Positions 13,171 through 25,938 of a stretch of 64,000 bases of DNA are shown here, in pieces. Numbering within the stretch: the first letter of the stretch is position 1; every line of letters begins with the position of its first letter. A program made the position numbers and the translations under genes. Location of the stretch: positions 58,528,001 to 58,592,000 of the forward strand of contig NC_043005.1 of NCBI RefSeq assembly GCF_006345805.1, given 5' to 3'. Source of the DNA: Octopus sinensis (taxonomy: Eukaryota). The notes under the pieces are model-generated. The model was not told the DNA's origin, did no database searches, and was given only the letters and a program-made list of their open reading frames with translations.

Positions 13171-13296
13171 TGCATATCTCTGTGTTTGTATGCATACAGG
13201 GTAGTCCATAAGTTGGTTTACAGGTATAGAACAATCTCTTTTGCATTCATGTATTAAGAGCTTAGATCTTAATTATAAAAGAATATGAAACCATTA

Positions 13297-13690
13297 TCTA
13301 TTATATAAAATCCGTTCTGTCTGATTGTGTGCGTGTCTTCTAGGATCTTGGGCATCCTCCATCTGATTGCACTCAAATTTGATATGTAGATACCGACGGT
13401 ATCAGGGCGTGTATAAGTCTTGAAAAAAGTACAAAAATTGATTCCAGGTGAGAATGTGATTGATAAAGCTGTTTTTGTCCTGCTTTTCTTCCGTCAACCT
13501 GTACATAACTGCACCTTCCATTTTTTGTTATTTTTGTACTGCTTAAAGGCATGTTTCTTTCCTGCCAAGCTTACTGTTTCAAGCATGTTTGTGTTCTCCC
13601 AGTCAACAGCCTTATCATTACTGGTACTTTAGACTCTTTGGTTGCATATTTGTATGAATAAAATCGTTTTTGCCAAAGAAGTTTGTGTAG
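13297..13690 (+). mobile_element. Helitron-like non-autonomous element, family 2
   Basis: A|TCTATTATATAAAATCCGTTCTGTCTG 5' end. Homologous to 27077-27247 (+) and about 27780-28171 (-). Confidence 0.65.
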
Positions 13691-13731
13691 AGAGTGAAGG
13701 TGAATGCAGTACACACTATTATATATATATA

Positions 13732-13764
<33 letters not shown>

Positions 13765-13929
13765 GGTGCAGGAGTGGCTGTGTGGTAAGTAGCTTTCTCA
13801 CCAACCACATGGTTCCGGGTTCAGTCCCACTGCGTGGCATCTTGGGCAAGTGTCTTCTGCTATAGCCTCGGGTTGACCAAAGCCTTGTGAGTGGATTTGG
13901 TAGACGGAAACTGAAAGAAGCCTGTCGTA

Positions 13930-13963
<34 letters not shown>

Positions 13964-14189
13964 TATGTGTGTGTATATGTTTGTGTGTCTGTGTTTGTCC
14001 CTCTAGCATTGCTTGACAACCGATGCTGGTGTGTTTATGTTCCCGTCACTTAGCGGTTCGGCAAAAGAGACCGATAGAATAAGTACTGGGCTTACAAAGA
14101 ATAAGTCCCTGGGTCGATTTGCTCGACTAAAGGCGGTGCTCCAGCATGGCCACAGTCAAATGACAGAAACAAGTGAAAGAGTAAAAGAG
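13765..14189 (+). mobile_element. Dominant tRNA-derived SINE with internal (TA/TG)n (head GGTGCAGGAGTGGCTGTGTGGTAAG)
   Basis: Full-length copy. Other copies or fragments: 6340-6525, 11700-11930, 16340-16730, 31890-32035(-), 33230-33390(-), 33720-33890, 48725-48930(-), 50520-50640(-), 54280-54480. Confidence 0.85.
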
Positions 14190-14239
14190 TATATGTATAT
14201 ATATATACATATCCATGTGGAGGATTGAAGTGGTACTTG

Positions 14240-14530
14240 AACATTCATAATACCAACCACTCCAAGAGTGTATTGGGTGCTTTTTATATGTCACTGGTAC
14301 AGGTGACAGTTACATAATATCAGCATTGGCCATGGCTACAAACTCTCTTGGCTCAACAGGTCTTCTCAAGCATCGTATAACGCCAAGGGTCTTGATCACT
14401 TGTAATTGCCGATATAAAACCCAATGTTTGAAGGCTGCTTTTTACATACCAAAGGCATGGGTGCCAGTTACACTACACTGGCATTGGCTATAACTATGAT
14501 TTTACTTGGCTTGACAGGCCTTCTCAAGCA
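14240..14530 (-). mobile_element. Old RTE 3' fragment with duplicated ORF-end segment
   Basis: GGTCTTCTCAAGCA motif occurs twice, as in the 32.5-32.9 kb copy. Confidence 0.6.
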
Positions 14531-14853
14531 CACACACACACACGCACACACACACACACACACACACACTATGCATGTATATGTACATGTATGCCAATAA
14601 ATGAAGTACCAGTTACACACTGGGGTCGATGTATTCGACTTAATCCCTTTGTCTGTCCTTGTTTGTCCCCTCTATGTTTAGCACCTTGTGGGCAATAAAG
14701 AAATAAAAAAATTTTATATCTATATCTATATCTCTATATCTATCTATTTATCTATCTATCTGTCTGTCTGTCTGTTTGTCCATCAGTCCGTCCGTCCGTC
14801 CGTCCATCCATCCATCCATCCATCCATCCATCCATCCATCCATCCATCCATCC

Positions 14854-14885
<32 letters not shown>

Positions 14886-15399
14886 CTATCTATCTATTTA
14901 TCTCTCTCTCTCTATATATATATATATAGATAGATAGATAAATAAAATAACGATGGTAGCAATATGCAATATAAAACCAAAAAGGAAAAATTCACTTGTT
15001 ACTAATTGTGACTGTCAGTGCACAGATGTATGCTTTTTTGTGGTTCTATGGGCTTTTAACTCTTATTTCTAGCAATATAGGTGCTGTCCTGCACTGTCAG
15101 TCACAATTAGTGACAATTATATAATATATATATATATGTATATTTGAGTGGCATTGACATTTTGTATTTTTGAAAGTAATGCGGGCAGTTGGTGCAGTGC
15201 ATATGGAAGATGAAAGAATTCTGAAGTGTCTACTCCATTGACATAAAACAACAATATTCGTGTGAAAAGACGCAGAGAAAGGAAATGCCATAAATATTGA
15301 TAACCACTTCAAACATTCAGCTTCTAACTGCGATTGTCCTTCCAAACTGGCTTTTCGTAACTGATGGAGAATTCTCAAACCAAACGAACCACTTAGTAT

Positions 15400-15672
15400 A
15401 TCACTGCCACATGAATGAGTCTTGTACTTGGAAAATTCTGCTAGGCATGAAATTGAAATGCATTTCATCTGAACCAACTCTGTTACTGATCAATTGTGCT
15501 GTGATCCTCTCTGTGCGTGAAACTTCGTAACTTGAACCAACAATTTGATGCCCGTATAATTTTCTCTGTCTCTAAAGCATTTCCTTTGCAATTGTAGCAG
15601 TTTACGATGATGTCGCTGTTGCCATGCCGGTCATTTGGTACAACACTTTTTCTGTATTGCTCCATTGTGTGT
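15400..15672 (-). mobile_element. Decayed RTE-clade reverse transcriptase fragment
   Basis: With frameshifts: IIVNCYNCKGNALET / ENYTGIKLLVQVTKF / ERITAQLISNRVGSDEMHFNFMPS. Matches the RTE pattern KGD....NYRGIKLL...ERV...IR.....DEMQFGFMPG. Confidence 0.8.
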
Positions 15673-15847
15673 ATATCTGTTTGTGTGTGTGTGAGAGAGA
15701 ATGTGGGTGTGCAATGTATATATTTTTGTATGTTTATATGTACATATTTATATGCATAACTTTGTTTACATGTAGGTGTGCATATGTGTGCACATGTGTG
15801 TACATATGAGTGCATGTGTGTACTGGTGTATATATATATATATATAT

Positions 15848-15878
<31 letters not shown>

Positions 15879-15969
15879 CACACACACATACATATATATA
15901 TATACACACATACATATATAAACAGTGTACATTTAAACACATAAGAGATGGCCATAATAGAACCCTGAA

Positions 15970-16012
<43 letters not shown>

Positions 16013-16019
16013 TATACAT

Positions 16020-16054
<35 letters not shown>

Positions 16055-16489
16055 CACAACATATATATATACATACATACACACACAGACTCAAATGCAC
16101 ATATATCAAGTCAGTAGTTCATATATCTGAAAAAGAAGCACAATCTAAAATATTAGAGCAGTAATATATTTAGAAGGTTGTTTGTTATGACCAGTCACAG
16201 AGTGACCATTGGTTCCACACCTGTCAAGCACTTTGCTGTATAGGCATCTCGTCAGATTTAAATAACCCAATAGAGAGGTTATGTACCTCCACACATTTGA
16301 GTCTGTTGAGCTATCTATGTGGTTAAGTGCTTTATGGGTGTGAAACTAATGGTCACACTATGACTGGCCATAGCAAACATTCATCTAATCTACTGCATGG
16401 CACCTTGGGCAAGTGTCTTCTAGTATGGCCTCAGACCGACCAAAGCCTTGTGCTGAAAGAAGCCCATCATACTCACACACACACACACA

Positions 16490-16529
<40 letters not shown>

Positions 16530-16726
16530 GTATGTATATGTTTGTGTGTCTGTGTTTGTCCCCACTACCATCGCTTGACAACCAACATTGGTGAGTTTAC
16601 ATCCCTGTGACTTAGCAGTTCAGCAAAAGATTCCGATAGAATAAGTACTGGGGTTGATTTGTTCAACTGAAGGTGGTGCTCCTGCATGGCTGCAGTCAAA
16701 TGATGGAAACAAGTTAAGGAATAAAA

Positions 16727-16770
<44 letters not shown>

Positions 16771-16777
<7 letters not shown>

Positions 16778-17119
16778 CAAAAATGGGACAAAAACGCAAA
16801 ACATCCGGACAACTAGGTGATACAAAAAGGGACAACAAAACATCCAGATACACGATACAAAAAAACAAGGACGGGTCATTCGAAGCTTTTTATCCTCAGT
16901 CAAGAACCGGATCATCCTCGCAATTTTGGCTGATATATATATATATATAATATATTATATATAAAAATACAAAAATGGGACAAGAACGCAAAACATACGG
17001 ACAACTAGGTGATACAAAAAGGGACAACAAACATTCAGATACACGATACAAAAAAACAAGGACGGTCATTCGAAGCTTTTTATCCTCAGTCAAGAACCGG
17101 ATCATCCTCGCAATTTTGG

Positions 17120-17122
<3 letters not shown>
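16771..17122. repeat. Tandem pair of about 160-bp units separated and flanked by (TA)n
   Basis: 16771-16932 and 16963-17122 are near-identical. Confidence 0.9.
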
Positions 17123-17150
<28 letters not shown>

Positions 17151-17547
17151 CTATATATATATATACATAGTAACTTTTTCACTGTTTACCTTCAGTGACC
17201 TAATTACTGTAACCTTGTGCAATTTTGAACTTCCATATATTGCTCATATACATGATGAATTTTGGGTGAATTTTGTGTATATATTTAGAGTTGAAGCATA
17301 GATGTACTAATGATGTTTCTGGTGATCTGAAGAGTTAGCTTTCTTTATTTGCATCAATTTGCTAATGTATAATTGTATTGTTTGATACTGAGCATACATA
17401 TTGATGTAAATGCGTATGCATAATTTCACATACTGATATTAATAATATTATACGATGAAGGTTATGAAAGAGCTGTAATCATATTGAGGGCATATAAATA
17501 AAGTAAATCTTTACTCTTCTCTCATACTACCTGACTAATACCATATA

Positions 17548-17615
<68 letters not shown>

Positions 17616-19168
17616 CGCGTAAATGGACATCTATCGAGACCTTTCGACATTGCACGTTCGGTCCGTCAGGGATGCCCCCTCTCGGCGCTTCTATACGTAT
17701 TGACTCTTGAGCCACTACTGCGGAAGCTGGCGACTCTAAGGGGCATCCCGCGAGAATTGGGATGCGGGACGAGCGTGTCTGCATACGCGGACGACGTCAC
17801 CGTCATAGTGTCTAGCCACGAGCACATCGAGCTGGTCGGCGAGACACTGAAAAACTACGAAGCGGTGACAGGAGCGAAAATCAACCGGGAAAAGTCAGTG
17901 GGCTTGCGACTAGGCACCTGGAGAAGCAAGCCCATGCCGTCCACCAGCGCCTCCGTCGTGGGACGCTGGACCGACGGCCCGGTTGAGTTGCTCGGGGTCT
18001 GGTTTGGTCCGGACCTCCAAGTGGAGAAGAACTGGAACGAGATAACGAGTAGGGTGGTCACTCTCGCCCGGCAATGGGCCGAGAGGAAACTGTCCCTAAA
18101 AGGTCGAGCGGAGGTGGCGAACACGTACATCGCGTCCGTCATCTACTACCGCCTGACCGTCGTACCTTGTCCCGACCCTACCATCACCAAACTACAACGC
18201 ATCCTCTTTCGCTTCTTGTGGAAAGGATGCGTCCCGATGGTCAGGCGATCCATTTGCTGTCAACACCCGTTAAAAGGAGGGCTGGGCATGCCGTGGTTGA
18301 TGATGCGCAGACACGCGCTAGGACTGCGACATCTCTGGCTCTATGTAGACGACGGTGAACAGGTGTGGTCGCCGTTTGTGAGGCACGCTTTCCCGCAGCT
18401 CGTCTCCATGACCGAACTGCAGTCGTGGATTAAAAAGAGGCCGAGGAGGGCGAATGGCACCGCGAGTGTCGCGTTGCTCTCAAGCAACTCTGCCGTCCTG
18501 GGTCGACCTTAAGTGACTTCAACACAACCAAAGCATTCTATAGGGGTTTAGTGGAGGGGAGGTACGACGACGAGCTCGGGGCGAACCTGGACGTCGACGA
18601 GGAGTACCTGACCCGCCTGTTCGGGACGACTTTCGGGCCAGGGCCCATGGACAACTTCCAGAGATCCCTGGCCTGGCAGTGCTACCGAGAAGCGCTACCC
18701 GTTCGGGATAAGCTCTACAGACACGGCTCGAGAAACACGGGGCCGACCTGCCCGAGATGCGGTCAGAGCGACGAAACCGTTCTGCACGCACTCGTTCAGT
18801 GTCCAACAATTTCCGACCTGTGGGCTTATGTCGAACAACTGCTGTCACGTGTGGGACGAGTCGGGTTATCAGCTGAGTCTATCGTCAATATTGTCACGCC
18901 TCCTTCCTTCAAACGGGAAGGAAGAGCTATTTTCATCATCCTTGTGGCTATGGCGAAAGAATGTATCTGGTGGACGCGTCTGAAAGGATTGGAGACAAAC
19001 ACTTTCCTCTCTGGTCAATCTCTCATCAACTTCTTCAAGTACCACTTGAAAAGGAAAGTGAGAGTAGAGAGGCAAGTTTTGTCTAGCGAATGTTTTAAAA
19101 AAAGATGGGTGAATGTAGCAAGAATGGCACGTATGAATGACGAAGCCACCTTGAGCATAGTCCTATGA
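17616..19168 (+). pseudogene. LINE ORF2 remnant (reverse transcriptase plus CCHC), 5'-truncated, with one frameshift near 18445-18455
   Basis: ORFs 17700-18512 and 18551-19168 join into a continuous L1-like ORF2 if one base is restored near AGGAGGGCG (...KKRPR-GEWHRECRVALKQL...VEGRYDDELG). Confidence 0.88.
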
Positions 19169-19379
19169 ACCCAGAAATCGAAAACAGAGAGTTGCTTATT
19201 TGCAAAAAAAAAAAAAAAAAAAAAAAAAAGAAATATAAAATGTGACTTCATTGACCGAGGTTACCGTGGTCTTTTCCGCAGGCTTTTCTTTCCACGGGTA
19301 AACCTCACCTGTCCTCCCCTTTACACTTCATATTGACATTTCTGTGATAACGATCCCTATTGATCATTTTTTTTCCTCT

Positions 19380-19412
<33 letters not shown>

Positions 19413-19580
19413 CCCCCCCTTATTTTTGTCCTCTTTCTCTCCTTTTACGATCCCTTTTGATCGAACCTCCCCCTTCCTTTTTTTTTTTTTTTTTTTTTTT
19501 TTTAATACCTTCAAAAGAAAAGCTCTACCTTGTAATTTGTTCTATCTGTGTGCAGCCCTGTGTGGCTAATAAAGAAACAT
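17616..19580 (+). mobile_element. 5'-truncated L1/Tx1-type non-LTR retrotransposon (RT C-terminal half, CCHC zinc knuckle, 3'UTR) inserted in an (ATCT)n array
   Basis: Translation from 17616 reads RVNGHLSRPFDIARSVRQGCPLS...SAYADDV (RT motifs QGCPLS and YADD). The C-terminus has CPRCGQSDETVLHALVQCP. The 3'UTR ends in AATAAAGAAAC. (CTAT)n lies on both sides (17547-17613 and from 19581). GC/CpG-rich relative to the window. Confidence 0.93.
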
Positions 19581-19657
19581 ATCTATCTATCTATCTATCT
19601 ATCTATCTAGCTATCTATCTATCTATCTAGCTAGCTAGCTAGCTAGCTATCTGTCTG

Positions 19658-19702
<45 letters not shown>

Positions 19703-19723
19703 TTATCTATTTATCTATCTGTT

Positions 19724-19804
<81 letters not shown>

Positions 19805-20749
19805 GTTTGTCTGTCTATCCATATAGTATAAGTATAATATTAAGTATAGTATATATATACACACACACACACACACATATTTATATATAGACACACAGAT
19901 ACATATACATACATTTATATATATTGACAGATTGATAGATAGATAGATATTATAAATATGTAAACGGGTATATATGAGGTAGAACTCTAGAGCTGACTCC
20001 TGAGGTTTGATGTAATAAAGACATTAATCCATTTCATGCAATGTTTTCGGTTCTATATCAGATTATGCTAGCATTATGTAAAATATATCTTAATATACTT
20101 TAGAACACTTAACACACACACACACACACATGTGCACACACATGCATGCACATATCAATAACCCAGTTACAGTGAGGAATATATTTGTGGAGTGTCCCCA
20201 CTTCGTTTGTCCAACCCTGTAGTACTGAAATACATAAAACATATTGTTGATTGATGTCTATATTTTGCGAATCTAAATTTTATAGTTTGCAAAAAAAAGA
20301 AAAAAAAGAACCTTATGGGGAAATGAAAGTCGATATAAATAAATATCTACTACATAAATAAATAAATATATGAATTAGCCATTTTTGTGTTTTATGAGTT
20401 TATTGACTTGCATCAGCGTATGCTGAGATTTTTAAAAAGTGTTTTTATTGTTTATTTTTTTTTTACATATATTAAAATGAATATTTGTTTTGATTTTTCT
20501 TTTATCTTCTCCTTGTGCATGACCATACAGCAGCTGAGTGCATTTTCAACTTTCCTTCTAATTTGTCTAGCTTGCACTACATTCTTCTGTCTATTTTAAT
20601 TCCATACACATTGCAGAGTTGACGGCCTAATAGGAATGGTAAATCAACTCCAGTATATGACTGGTACTTTATGTTATCACGCCCAAAAGGATAACAGCAA
20701 AATACCGACTCTGGCAGAATTTGAACACCACATGCTGGTATAGATTTAA

Positions 20750-20969
20750 CCCTTTAACATTCAGCTTATCCAGTCAAATGCCATGCTTAGTTATTCACAT
20801 TGTTTTGAAATAATCATACATTATTATGTAGCTTTAAGATTTCAATGGTGCATTTCTATATCTTTAAACTGACATTGTAGAGAAGGTGCAAGAGGTTGGA
20901 TCTGGTCAGATTTAACATAAAGCAGATAGAATATTTAGGCTGGATATGGCCGGATTAAATAGTACAGGG
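20750..20969. mobile_element. piggyBac-type MITE, older copy of the 58911 family
   Basis: TTAA|CCCTTTAACATTCAG ... ACAGGG|TTAA, with internal similarity to 58911-59130. Confidence 0.75.
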
Positions 20970-21429
20970 TTAAGGGATTGCCATAGACTGAGTCAGTTTT
21001 TATTTGGAGTTACTGTTTTTTTTTTAGATGCATCAAAGTCCACATATTATTCGTATATTCCAGTTTTGGTATAATTTCTAAGGTTTGATGCCCTTCCTAT
21101 TACCAGCAAAGACACAGATAGTTCTGGGTACATTTTCTCATTGCACTTACACACATGAGGTTGTTATGCTCCTGATAAGTCTAAAGTCAAGTGAAATGTT
21201 GGAGTGATCTCAACACTTTACTGAGTGCAGTGGATGTATTTTATCATTAACACCAACACTAAAGAGGTTTCCTCATTTTCAGATATACTAAAGGGTTTTC
21301 TCCATCATACGTTGTTCAGTTCATTTGTTCACTAACAACAGAGCACTGTCTTATCTCTGGCAACTAGAAAAGTAAGTGATGAAAGAGAAACAGAGCTAGA
21401 AGATTACAGAAGAAAGTGTAGCACAGAGG

Positions 21430-21501
<72 letters not shown>

Positions 21502-22279
21502 CAGACATATAGATAGATAGATAGAGAGAGATAGACAGGCATATAGATAGATAGATAGATACATAGATAGAAAGAGATAGACAGACGTATAGATAGATAT
21601 ATAGATAGATAGATACATAGATAGAGAGAGATAGACAGACATATAGATAGATAGATAGATAGATAGAGAGAGGGATGTGGGGTGCGAGAGGGATAGCTAC
21701 ATCATGATTACTGGTGAGATGATTGGATTGAAACAGAATGAATGGTATTGTTGGAGAACTGAAGTTGAAAGATGGGAAACAAAGATGATAGAAGACTGAA
21801 TACGAGAAGTGAGAGAGAAAGATAGCAGACAGAATGCAATGGGAATCAGAGACTGAGAAACTGACCTCAATGACCCTCCCATCGATAGTGGAGATGGATA
21901 GATGGTTGGATGAAGTGACAACTTAACTCTTAACTGGCATCTTCCATGAAAATCACATACCTGTGCCAGCACATTCTTCTCTCTCAAACATTATACCCAG
22001 TTCATTTTGTATTCATAGATTGGCAAGGGGTATGATTTCGCAGTCCCACTTACCCTAGATATGCTTTATGAAAACCCATAAACCAAGCAACTGTGCAGCA
22101 AATAAACAAACAGTATGCCTAAGAAAGGCTGCAATAAAAAAGAATAATAAATTTATTGATATTACTAACAGTAAATCTCTTATCACTGCTAACAGAACAT
22201 CAATTTGGTGTTGCTTTTTTCCTCCTAAAACTTCCTAAGTTTGATATATCACTGGGTCAGTGTCTATATCACTCATCTT

Positions 22280-23060
22280 CTCTCTCTTTCTCTCTGTCTC
22301 TCTCTCTCTCTCTTTCTGTTTTCTCTTTCTTTTTCAAATTCTCCCTCCTGTTTGCCTATACTCCCCCTCCTCTCTTTTTCTTTCTCTCAAACTTTCTATA
22401 TCTTCATTCTCTTTTTCTCTTTCAAATTCTCCCTTCTGTTTTCTTATATTCTCCTCACCCATTTCTGTTTCTCTCTGTCTGTTTGTCTGTCAGTGTCTGT
22501 CTCTATCTGTCCATCTGTCTGTCCTTCTGTCTGTCTCTCTTTCACACACACATGCATGCACGCACACACATGTGAATGTGCACACTATGCATGCACACAC
22601 ATGCATACACACATTCATACATGCACACACGTGCATATTCACACATGCACACTCATTCTCTCTCCATCTCTCTCTCACACACACTCACATGCACACACCT
22701 GCAAATGCACACACCTGCAAATGCACACACCTGCAAATGTACACACCTGCACCTACACCTCCCCATATGCACATGCCTGCACATGCACACACCTGCACAT
22801 GCACACACCTGCACATACACACACCTGCACATGCACATACCTGCACATGCACATGTATGTACATGTATATATGTGCACATGTACATACATGCACATGCAC
22901 ACACAAGTACATGTACACACACAAATATGCACACATGCATGTGTACACACATACACACAAGTGCACATGCACATATATGAATGCATGTACATGCATGCAC
23001 ACAAACATGAATACATACATGTGCACATGCATGCACACATATACATGCACACACATGCAC
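22280..23060. repeat. CT-rich tract followed by CA/TG-rich tract, including a 16-bp minisatellite (ACACACCTGCA(A/C)ATGC)n at about 22690-22850
   Basis: Direct reading. Confidence 0.9.
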
Positions 23061-23452
23061 CAACAAAAAACTGTTTCTAGTTTGGGTACAAGGCCAGCAA
23101 TTCTGGTGGCAGTGAGCATTATTGGGATGTATTTCTGCAGTGTGGATTTTTTCAGAATAATTTTTCTGTCAAGGAATTAGTGAAATTTAAAGGTTTGGAC
23201 ATTGGGTACTTTACTGCTACATTGGAGAGTTACCTATCACAAAGTTTTATCTTCTTGACTGCTCCTGGGTCAGTTGTTACTCAACGTTTCCTGTTCAAAG
23301 CCGTAAAGTTGCCTGTGGGTTCATACTGGCCTTTGCTTTCCTGTAGTTTCCTACAGCGTGTATGTCTACAGACGATGATAGATGACATCAACTTTCTGCA
23401 GCACTTGGAAAATAACATGAGCACCAATCAGGAGACTGAAGGCAGAATGTAG

Positions 23453-24145
23453 AAGATGGAGAGGGGCGAGGAGAGAAGAAGAGCAGTGGATGGAGGAGGA
23501 AGAGGAGGAAGAGGAGGAAGAAGTGGCGAAGGAAGACGATGAAAGAGGAGAAGGAGAAAGAACTAGAAATAGGAGGAAGAGGAAGGGAGGAGAGAAGAAG
23601 GAAGATGAGGTGGAATAAGAAGATGAAGAGAAAAAGAAGAAAAAGAGGAGGATGAGGAGGAAAGAGATGGAGGAGGGGAGGAGAAGAAGCATAAAATGGA
23701 GAAAGAGGAGGAAAAGGCAGAAGTGAAAGAAAGGGAAGAAGAAAAGAAAAGAAAAGAAGAAAAGGAAGAAGAAAAGAAAGAAGATAAAGAAGGGAGGAGG
23801 AGGAAAATGGAGGAAGAAGGACTAGAAATAGGCAGAGAGTGTGAGGAAAGAGTGAGGGGAGAAAAGTAGGATGAAGAAGGATGAGAATAAGGAGGATGAG
23901 GAGGTATACGAAGAATAAGAATAAGAAGAAAAAGAAGAAGGAAGAGGAAGGGATAGAGGAGGGTCAGGAGAAGAAGTAGAAGAAAGAGGAAGAGGAGGAG
24001 GAAGAGGAAAAGGGGAAAGAAGAAAAAGAAAGAGGAGTAGAAGGAAAAGAAGTAGAAGAAAAAGAAGAGGGAAACGAAGGAGGAGAAGAAGAAGAAGAAG
24101 AAGAAGAAGAAGAAGAAGAAGAAGAAGAAGAAGAAGAAGAAAAAA
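23453..24145. repeat. Purine-rich (GAA/GGA)n low-complexity tract ending in pure (GAA)n
   Basis: Direct reading. Confidence 0.95.
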
Positions 24146-24744
24146 CAACTACAGCAATAATGGTAAATAAAGTGTAGAGACAGAAGCAAATCAAAGCTGA
24201 GACGTAGACAGTTTTACGAGACAGTTCTCGGAGACTTTCTTTGACCTCTAATGGAAGAAATTCAACAAGTGCCAAATCTTACATCATTTGTGGTGTGCTT
24301 AGAATTAGAGAAATGGTTTCAAAAAGAATTATAAACTTCAAATGTTCTTCTTTGCCAAGAGAAACGAATGAAAGGAAGAAAGAAAGAAAGTAAAAAGACA
24401 ATACAAAAATTAAAGAATAAAAATTAACAAAAATAAATTAAGAGGAAACAAACAAACAAACAAATAAATAAAATATGGATGCAGCTTGCTGCCAATAAAT
24501 CACTAACTTACCTTAACCAAAAAATAAGAATTTATCTTTGACAAAAGTCAGAAGCAATTTAAAAGTTATGAATCTATAGTTCACTGCAGCAGTAAATTGA
24601 TTTCTAATACAGGCTAATCTGTATTGGGAGGCTTAAGTAGGGAGAAGAGAAGGAAAAGGGAAATTGGTTGATTAAAGCTGGCTTTGGTATATTACCGGTG
24701 ACCATTGTTTTAAAATTGGTGAATATTCTTTCATTACAATCATC

Positions 24745-25200
24745 ATCATCATCGTCATTTAACGTCCGCTTTCCATGCTAGCATGGGTTGGCCGATTTGA
24801 CTGAGGACTGGCGAACCAGATGGCTGCACCAGGCTCCAATCTTATCTGGCAGAGTTTCTACAGCTGGATGCCCTTCCCAATGCCAACCACTCCGAGAGTG
24901 TAGTGGGTGCTTTTACGTGCCACCGGCATGAGGGCCAGTCTGGCAGTACTGGCCACACTCGAAATGGTACTTTTTATGTGCCACCTGCACAGGAGTCAGT
25001 CCAGTGGCACTGGCAACGATCATGCTCGAATGTTTTGTTCACATGTCACCAGCACAAGTGCCAGTAAGGCGACACTGGTAACAATCATGTTCAAATGGTG
25101 CTTTTTACGTGCCCACTGGCATGGATGCCAGACAGCTGCTCTGGCAGTGATCCCGCTCAGATGGAGCTGCTAGCGCTCCACTGGCATGAGTGCCAGTCAT
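24745..25200 (-). mobile_element. RTE-type 3' end with several subrepeats
   Basis: (CAT)n, TTTAACGTCCGCTTTCCATGCTAGCATGGG, GGATGCCCTTCCCAATGCCAACCACTCC. Confidence 0.8.
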
Positions 25201-25315
25201 TGAATTTGGTTCAATTCCGATTGTGTAATAGAAAAGTTTGTCTTTTCAAATGTGTACTAGAAAAGTTTGTCTTCATGTTACGTCTTTCAGTGAAGCTATA
25301 TTAAGCCATTGTAAC

Positions 25316-25576
25316 CACTGGCATAGCTATGGGTTGGGGACAGAAGAGGTAGTCTGCCCTATGTGACACTTTTATGGGGGTCTGCTGTAGGCTAGAAGCC
25401 TGTATAAGCTGTATTGAAACCAAATAATAGTGGTTTTAATGTTGGAACATGGATACCACTCACTGTTAAATGCAACAGTTCATACAGTTACTGGGCAATA
25501 CGTATGTCTTGTTGGGGCCCAAGGCTGGCAAACTGAAGGGCCACTTCAGGCACCACACACTCTAGCTACACCACTG
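25316..25576. mobile_element. hAT-type MITE (degenerate TIRs)
   Basis: Left CACTGGCATAGCTA, right TAGCTACACCACTG. A second right end of the same family is at 26150-26212. No clear 8-bp TSD. Confidence 0.5.
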
Positions 25577-25938
25577 TATATATATATATATATATATAAT
25601 ATATATATATATATATCTGTAAATGTAATATGTGACAATTATTCAGTAGCCATGATAAAACTCTGAGTTTCGGATGCCGGATAATTGTCATGGCTACTGA
25701 ATAATTGTCACATATTAAATTTACAGATAAATTCCTCTATTTACATAATATTGAGGTCTCTTTCTTTTGTTGTCTTACCATTTTTATCAATATATATACA
25801 TACAATATGAACTTTAAGAGTAAGTCACTGTGCAAGGGCAAGATTGATAGGCCCCAGGTGGAATGCATTACAGCGTGTGTACCGTTGGCGATTTTTTTTT
25901 CCTCCGTCTTCCCTTCTCTGGATCTTTCCTTTTCCTAT

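Noticed and set aside
23081-23452. 123-codon plus-strand open frame after an AG
   Set aside because: The start overlaps a SINE-tail-like motif (GGTACAAGGCCAGCAATT), the acceptor is weak, and no domain is recognisable.
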